A DNA stretch of 42,002 bases from Gemmatimonadota bacterium (GTDB lineage Bacteria; Gemmatimonadota; Gemmatimonadetes; Gemmatimonadales; GWC2-71-9). Below the pieces are notes generated by a model. That model ran no database searches. It was not told where the DNA came from and was given only the letters and a program-made list of their open reading frames with translations. The translations under genes were made by a program, and so were the position numbers. The stretch covers positions 1 to 42,002 of the forward strand of contig JBLNGI010000116.1 in NCBI GenBank assembly GCA_050264615.1. Reading direction: 5' to 3'. Below are positions 37,420 to 42,002 of the stretch, in pieces; within the stretch, counting starts at the first letter, position 1; the number at the start of each line of letters is the position of its first letter.

Positions 37420-37890
37420 ATGTTCCTGACGACTCGCAACTCGCAGAGAGACCCGGCCACGGCCGAGTTCGTCAACGTCGGTCACCGGATCAGCCGTTTG
37501 CTCAACGATGCGTTGGGCGGGCTGGATTGGCAGTACCGGGACAGCGTCAGCGCGTCCTGGGTGCCCCCTGTCGACATCTTCGAAGAGAAGGACCTGATCC
37601 GCATCATGGCCGAAGTGCCGGGCGTGCGGCCGCAGGACGTGAAGATCTCGCTGGAGGGCAATGTTCTCACCGTCCATGGACAGAAGCAGCAAGTCGCGGA
37701 ACAGCGCACCGAGCGCGTGCATCGCTACGAACGGACCTACGGCGAGTTCGAGCGCACGTTCAGCCTTCCCGCTTCGGTCGATGCCAACGCGATCTCGGCA
37801 TCGTACGAGCATGGCATCCTGACGATCACGCTTCCGAAGGTCGAGCAGGCGAAACCGCGGGAGATTCAAGTGGCAGTGACCCAGAAATAA
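37420..37890 (+). CDS. Hsp20/alpha-crystallin small heat shock protein
   Basis: [39 protein letters not shown]; SD AGGAGG. Confidence 0.96.
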   Translation: MFLTTRNSQRDPATAEFVNVGHRISRLLNDALGGLDWQYRDSVSASWVPPVDIFEEKDLIRIMAEVPGVRPQDVKISLEGNVLTVHGQKQQVAEQRTERVHRYERTYGEFERTFSLPASVDANAISASYEHGILTITLPKVEQAKPREIQVAVTQK

Positions 37891-37901
37891 CGAAGCTCCG
37901 G

Positions 37902-37925
37902 AGGGGCGGCGAGAGCCGCCCCTTT
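37902..37925 (+). terminator. Probable intrinsic terminator after hsp20
   Basis: Stem AGGGGCGGC/GCCGCCCCT with GAGA tetraloop and a short T tract. Confidence 0.65.
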
Positions 37926-37942
37926 CTGCTAGCTTCTCCGCC

Positions 37943-38596
37943 ATGGCGCGGGCCGCGACCCAGCAGTTCCCCAACCTCACGGTGCTCTCGCACCCGCTCA
38001 TTCAGCACAAGCTCACGATCTTACGCGACAAGCGGACCAGCACGCGCGACTTCAAGCAGCTCGTCAATGAGATCGCGATGCTCATGGCGTATGAGGTGAC
38101 GAAGGACCTGCCGCTCGAAGCGGTGGAGATCGAGACCCCGCTCGAACAGACGTCGGGCAGGCAGGTCGCCGGGAAGAAGCTCACGCTCGTGCCGATCCTG
38201 CGCGCCGGCCTCGGCATGGTCGAAGGAATCTCGCAGCTCATCCCCTCGGCCCGAGTCGGGCACATCGGCATGTACCGCGACCACGCCACGCTTCAGCCTG
38301 TCGACTACTACTTCAAGATTCCTTCGGGGGAGGCGGACCGCGCCTTCTTCCTCCTCGATCCCATGCTCGCGACCGGCGGGTCCGCCGTGGCGGCCGTGAC
38401 CGCCCTGCTGCGGGCGGGCGCCCAGAAAGTCCGGTTCCTCTGCCTCGTTGCCGCCCCGGAGGGGGTGAAAGCCATGCTGGACGCCCACCCCACGGTGCCG
38501 GTGTATACGGCCTCGCTCGATCGGGAGCTCAATTCCAAGGGGTACATCCTCCCCGGTCTGGGGGACGCCGGCGACCGCCTGTTTGGCACCCGCTAG
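37943..38596 (+). CDS. upp: Uracil phosphoribosyltransferase
   Basis: [48 protein letters not shown]. Confidence 0.98.
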   Translation: MARAATQQFPNLTVLSHPLIQHKLTILRDKRTSTRDFKQLVNEIAMLMAYEVTKDLPLEAVEIETPLEQTSGRQVAGKKLTLVPILRAGLGMVEGISQLIPSARVGHIGMYRDHATLQPVDYYFKIPSGEADRAFFLLDPMLATGGSAVAAVTALLRAGAQKVRFLCLVAAPEGVKAMLDAHPTVPVYTASLDRELNSKGYILPGLGDAGDRLFGTR

Positions 38597-38674
38597 AGCC
38601 TCCCCACGTAACCCTTTTGTCGTCCCCCGTGTCCCATCAGTAGTTACGAGCCCAGCCCGTCACCTCGGAGCTTC

Positions 38675-39217
38675 GTGGACGAATCACAGCTCATTGCCCG
38701 CGTCCGCGCCGGGGATAGCTCCGCAGAGCGCGCGCTCTACGACGCGCATGTGGACCGGGTGTACCGCCTGGCCTTCCGGCTCGCGGGCGATGATGCCCTC
38801 GCGCAGGATTTCACCCAGGAGACGTTCATCCGGGCGTTCGACCGGCTTGGCTCGTTCCGTGGCGAGGCTGCGTTTTCGACCTGGTTGCACACGATCACGA
38901 CGACGGTCGTGTTGAACGGGCTGCGCAAGGTGAAGCGGTTTCGGCAACGGGAAGCGGACATCGACGATGCGCATGAGATCGGCACACTGCCGCGACACGC
39001 GGAGCCTGATTTGAAGGTGCGACTGAAACAGGCCATCGACGAGCTCCCGGAGGGTTATCGCACGGTGTTCCTGATGCACGATGTCGAGGGCTACACACAC
39101 GAAGAGATCGGTGCCGCGTTGGGCGTCGAGACCGGCACCTCGAAAGCACAGTTGTCGCGGGCGCGCGCGAAGCTGCGCGTGGCGCTGGCGGACTTTGCAG
39201 GAGAATGGACGACATGA
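38675..39217 (+). CDS. ECF-type RNA polymerase sigma-70 factor
   Basis: D..QETFIRAF, FRGEAAFSTWL, LPEGYR.VF..HDVEGYTHEEI...GTSKAQLSRAR. Confidence 0.95.
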   Translation: MDESQLIARVRAGDSSAERALYDAHVDRVYRLAFRLAGDDALAQDFTQETFIRAFDRLGSFRGEAAFSTWLHTITTTVVLNGLRKVKRFRQREADIDDAHEIGTLPRHAEPDLKVRLKQAIDELPEGYRTVFLMHDVEGYTHEEIGAALGVETGTSKAQLSRARAKLRVALADFAGEWTT

Positions 39218-39891
39218 TGGACCAGCACGACGACCCGAAATTCGAAGCGTGGCTGAAGGATGTGGCCAAGTCCTACCACCGCCCGCATCCCACACCCCAC
39301 GAAGAGATCTGGGCGCGCATCCACGCCGCACGCCGCACGCGTCACGTTCTTGAGTTGCGCCCCTGGATGCGCTGGGCGGTCGCGGCTGCCGCCGTGCTGG
39401 TAGTCGGCATCGGCATTGGCCGCTGGACCGCCAATCAGTCGCATGAAGGCACTCAGGTCGCGACGAATGATTCGACGCAGTCCGCCGTCCCGAACAGTAC
39501 GCAGGTCACGCGAGAGATAGACTCGCTGGCCGGCGTGGCCTACAAGATCGCGGCCACGCAATACCTCTCCCGTACCGAGGCCTTTCTCACGTCGTTCCGG
39601 ACGGATGCCAATCGCTCGGCGAACACCGCGAGGCTGGCACGCCAGGCGCGGGAGCTCCTCACCACCACACGGATGATGCTCGATTCACCCGCGGCGCAGG
39701 ATCCGCGGCTGCGCTCCCTGCTGGAGGACTTGGAGCTGGTGCTGATGCAGATCGCCTTGCTCAATCCGCTCGAGGATGGCCACGACCGCGATCTCATCAC
39801 CCAGGGCATGAACCAATCGAACGTGTTGCCCAAGCTGCGCTCGGCGATTCCCGCCGGGCCCGTATCGGCGCGCACACAAGGAGCACTTTGA
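39214..39891 (+). CDS. Putative membrane-anchored anti-sigma factor
   Basis: Overlaps the sigma stop (ATGA); P.EEIWARI motif then a single TM helix (WAVAAAAVLVVGIGIGR). Confidence 0.75.
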   Translation: MMDQHDDPKFEAWLKDVAKSYHRPHPTPHEEIWARIHAARRTRHVLELRPWMRWAVAAAAVLVVGIGIGRWTANQSHEGTQVATNDSTQSAVPNSTQVTREIDSLAGVAYKIAATQYLSRTEAFLTSFRTDANRSANTARLARQARELLTTTRMMLDSPAAQDPRLRSLLEDLELVLMQIALLNPLEDGHDRDLITQGMNQSNVLPKLRSAIPAGPVSARTQGAL

Positions 39892-41600
39892 TGTTGGCCA
39901 GTTTGTCTCTCTTGCTCGCCGTTACGATGTCCGTTCAGGACGCCACGCCGGCGCCCGCCCCATCCGCCAAGCCGCGCGCGCGTCGCCACGCATCACCGCC
40001 GCTGGCCGCGATCGTGCCGTTCACCATTGCCCCGACCCCGCTCGTCACCATGAGCATGACCGAAGCGGCCGTCGCATTGGAAATGGCGTCCGCCGAGCTC
40101 CAGTCGCTCAGTATACGAGCACCGGTCATCGCCTCGATCGCCCCCATGGCGATGGTCGGCCCCGAGCTGGCAGCGGCGGCGTATCACTTGCGCGCGGCGC
40201 CGATCGCGCTCGCGCTGGACTTCGACGACTCCGAGGAGATCGAGGAGCCGGACTGGACCGTGGCCGACAAGGTGCAGGGCGATGCCGCCGATTCCGTCTA
40301 TCGCGCGGCTCGCCAGGCGTTGAACGACAACGACTACGAGCGCGCGGCCGGGCTGTTCAAGAACCTGCGCGACAAGTACCCGCGCTCCTCGCACGTCCCG
40401 AACACCTATTACTGGCAGGCGTTCGCGCTCTATCGCGCCGGCTCGGATGAACAGCTGCGCGACGCGCGCGCGGCATTGCAGACGCAAGCGCGCCGCTATC
40501 CCAAGGCCACGACGCGCCGTGATGCCGAAGCGCTGTTGCGCCGCGTGGAAGGCGCGCTCGCGCAGCTCGGCGATGAGGAGGCCGCCGCGTCGACGATGGA
40601 GGCGGTCACAGCCATCGCGCCGAATGTGCCGCAGACGCCGCAGCCTGCACAGCCGCCCCAACCGGCGACCGCTCCGACGCCGAGACCCGGCCGGCACGAG
40701 CGGAGCTCCGATCGCTGCGACGACGACGATGACGATATCCGGATCGCTGCGTTGAACGCGGTGCTCCAGATGGACGCGGACCGCGCGGTGCCGCTGCTCA
40801 AGTCCGTGCTCGCGCGACGCGACGCAGGCTCGGCGTGCCTGCGGCGCAAGGCCGTGTTCCTCGTGTCGCAGAAGCGCAGCGACGAGACGTCGCGGATTCT
40901 GCTCGACGCGGTGCGCAACGACCCGGACAAAGAGGTCCGCGAGCAGGCGGTGTTCTGGCTGTCGCAGGTGCCCGGCGAGGAGACCGTCGCAGCGCTCGAT
41001 TCGATCCTGCAGGATCCCAAGAGCGATCCGGAGATTCAGGAGAAGGCGATCTTCGCGCTGTCGCAACACCGCAGCCCGCGCGCGGCGGCGATTCTCTGCA
41101 CGTATTCGGGGCGTCGCGATCGGCCCGCGGACCTGCGCGAGAAATCGATCTTCTGGCTCGGGCAGCGTCGCTCTGCCGAGAACCAGCAGTGCCTGAGAGA
41201 TCTCTACAAGAACCTGGATACCGATGATCTGAAAGAGAAGGTGATCTTCTCGCTGTCACAGATGGGCGGCGCCGACAACTATCGCTGGTTGATGGACATC
41301 GCGCTGAACACCCGCGAGAACATCGAGCTGCGCAAGAAGGCGCTGTTCTGGGCCGGGCAAGGCCGCAGCGTCGACGTCGCCGATCTCGTGCGACTCTATG
41401 ACAGCATGAACGATCGCGAGATGAAGGAGCAGCTGATTTTCGTATACTCGCAGCGGCGCGAAGAAGCCGCGCTCGACAAGCTGTTCCAGATCGGCAAGAA
41501 CGATCCCGATCGCGAGCTGCGCAAGAAGGCGATCTTCTGGATCGGGCAATCCCGGAGTCCCCGGGCTGCTCAATACCTCCAAGACCTGATCAATCAATGA
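39891..41600 (+). CDS. Secreted HEAT-repeat protein with a TPR-like segment
   Basis: Signal peptide, YWQAFALYR TPR-like motif, repeated R.KA(I/V)FW(L/I)(S/G)Q helical repeats; SD AAGGAG. Confidence 0.85.
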   Translation: MLASLSLLLAVTMSVQDATPAPAPSAKPRARRHASPPLAAIVPFTIAPTPLVTMSMTEAAVALEMASAELQSLSIRAPVIASIAPMAMVGPELAAAAYHLRAAPIALALDFDDSEEIEEPDWTVADKVQGDAADSVYRAARQALNDNDYERAAGLFKNLRDKYPRSSHVPNTYYWQAFALYRAGSDEQLRDARAALQTQARRYPKATTRRDAEALLRRVEGALAQLGDEEAAASTMEAVTAIAPNVPQTPQPAQPPQPATAPTPRPGRHERSSDRCDDDDDDIRIAALNAVLQMDADRAVPLLKSVLARRDAGSACLRRKAVFLVSQKRSDETSRILLDAVRNDPDKEVREQAVFWLSQVPGEETVAALDSILQDPKSDPEIQEKAIFALSQHRSPRAAAILCTYSGRRDRPADLREKSIFWLGQRRSAENQQCLRDLYKNLDTDDLKEKVIFSLSQMGGADNYRWLMDIALNTRENIELRKKALFWAGQGRSVDVADLVRLYDSMNDREMKEQLIFVYSQRREEAALDKLFQIGKNDPDRELRKKAIFWIGQSRSPRAAQYLQDLINQ

Positions 41601-42002
41601 ACACACGTGCGTCGTACGCAGTGCGTGGTGCGTGGGCAGCGCTCTTCGTGGCGTCAGTCGGCCAGGCCCAGTCACTCGAGCGGCGCGTTGCGAACGCGCC
41701 CGACGGCACTGTGCGGTTCAGCTATGCCGCCAAGCCCGGCGTCTACGGCAACGGGCGCAACCGCATCAGCTGGGACTGTCGGGACGGAGATTGCCGGCAC
41801 AACCAGACCAACGGTTATGACGGCGATCGTGACGACTGGGACGCGCCGTGTGACTCTGGGCCCGTCCGAGTCGCGCTGACCAAACAGAACGGCCGGCTGT
41901 CCGATCTGCGCGTTTACGTCGGCGGTGAGTGGCGCGCCAGCACCACGGCCACCGACCTCGGCATGGTCGGCACCAAGGACGCGACGACCTACCTGGTGGG
42001 GC
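41597..42002 (+). CDS. Secreted protein, truncated by the window end (probably a second HEAT-repeat partner)
   Basis: ATGA overlap; open frame MNTRASYAVRGAWAALFVASVGQAQSLERRVANAPDGTVRFSYAAKPGV... runs to the window end. Not in the ORF track. Confidence 0.75.
   Translation, partial: MNTRASYAVRGAWAALFVASVGQAQSLERRVANAPDGTVRFSYAAKPGVYGNGRNRISWDCRDGDCRHNQTNGYDGDRDDWDAPCDSGPVRVALTKQNGRLSDLRVYVGGEWRASTTATDLGMVGTKDATTYLVG

Overview
High-GC bacterial chromosomal window. Gene content (ECF sigma/anti-sigma/HEAT-repeat cluster, VPS10-type beta-propeller, HAF-repeat lipoprotein) resembles Gemmatimonadota; this is an inference. The main feature is a ~15.6 kb integrase-less genomic island (15315-30944) bounded by a perfect 38-bp direct repeat that is the 5' half, not the usual 3' end, of a tRNA-Phe(GAA) gene. 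The island carries a divergent 11-gene lipid biosynthetic cluster that I read as an elaborated sphingolipid/ceramide pathway. It encodes an alpha-oxoamine synthase (Spt-like), a bacterial ceramide-synthase/YghO-like GNAT, a Zn-dependent dehydrogenase, a DAG/sphingosine kinase-family enzyme, two B12-binding radical SAM enzymes, a second GNAT, a membrane desaturase, an ICMT/PEMT-like domain fused to a P450, a second P450 and an MMPL exporter. Its right end also holds a decayed tRNA-Ser-like 5' half. The left 9 kb is a rearranged accessory patch: divergent paralogous membrane proteins with twin operator motifs, a frameshifted SnoaL-like gene, AraC and SDR genes, and stranded second copies of pieces of the sugar-phosphate isomerase and Gfo/Idh/MocA genes. 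The right 11 kb is ordinary (Omp85-type protein, amidohydrolase, VPS10 protein, Hsp20, upp, ECF sigma locus). All family calls come from motif recognition by eye; no searches were run.
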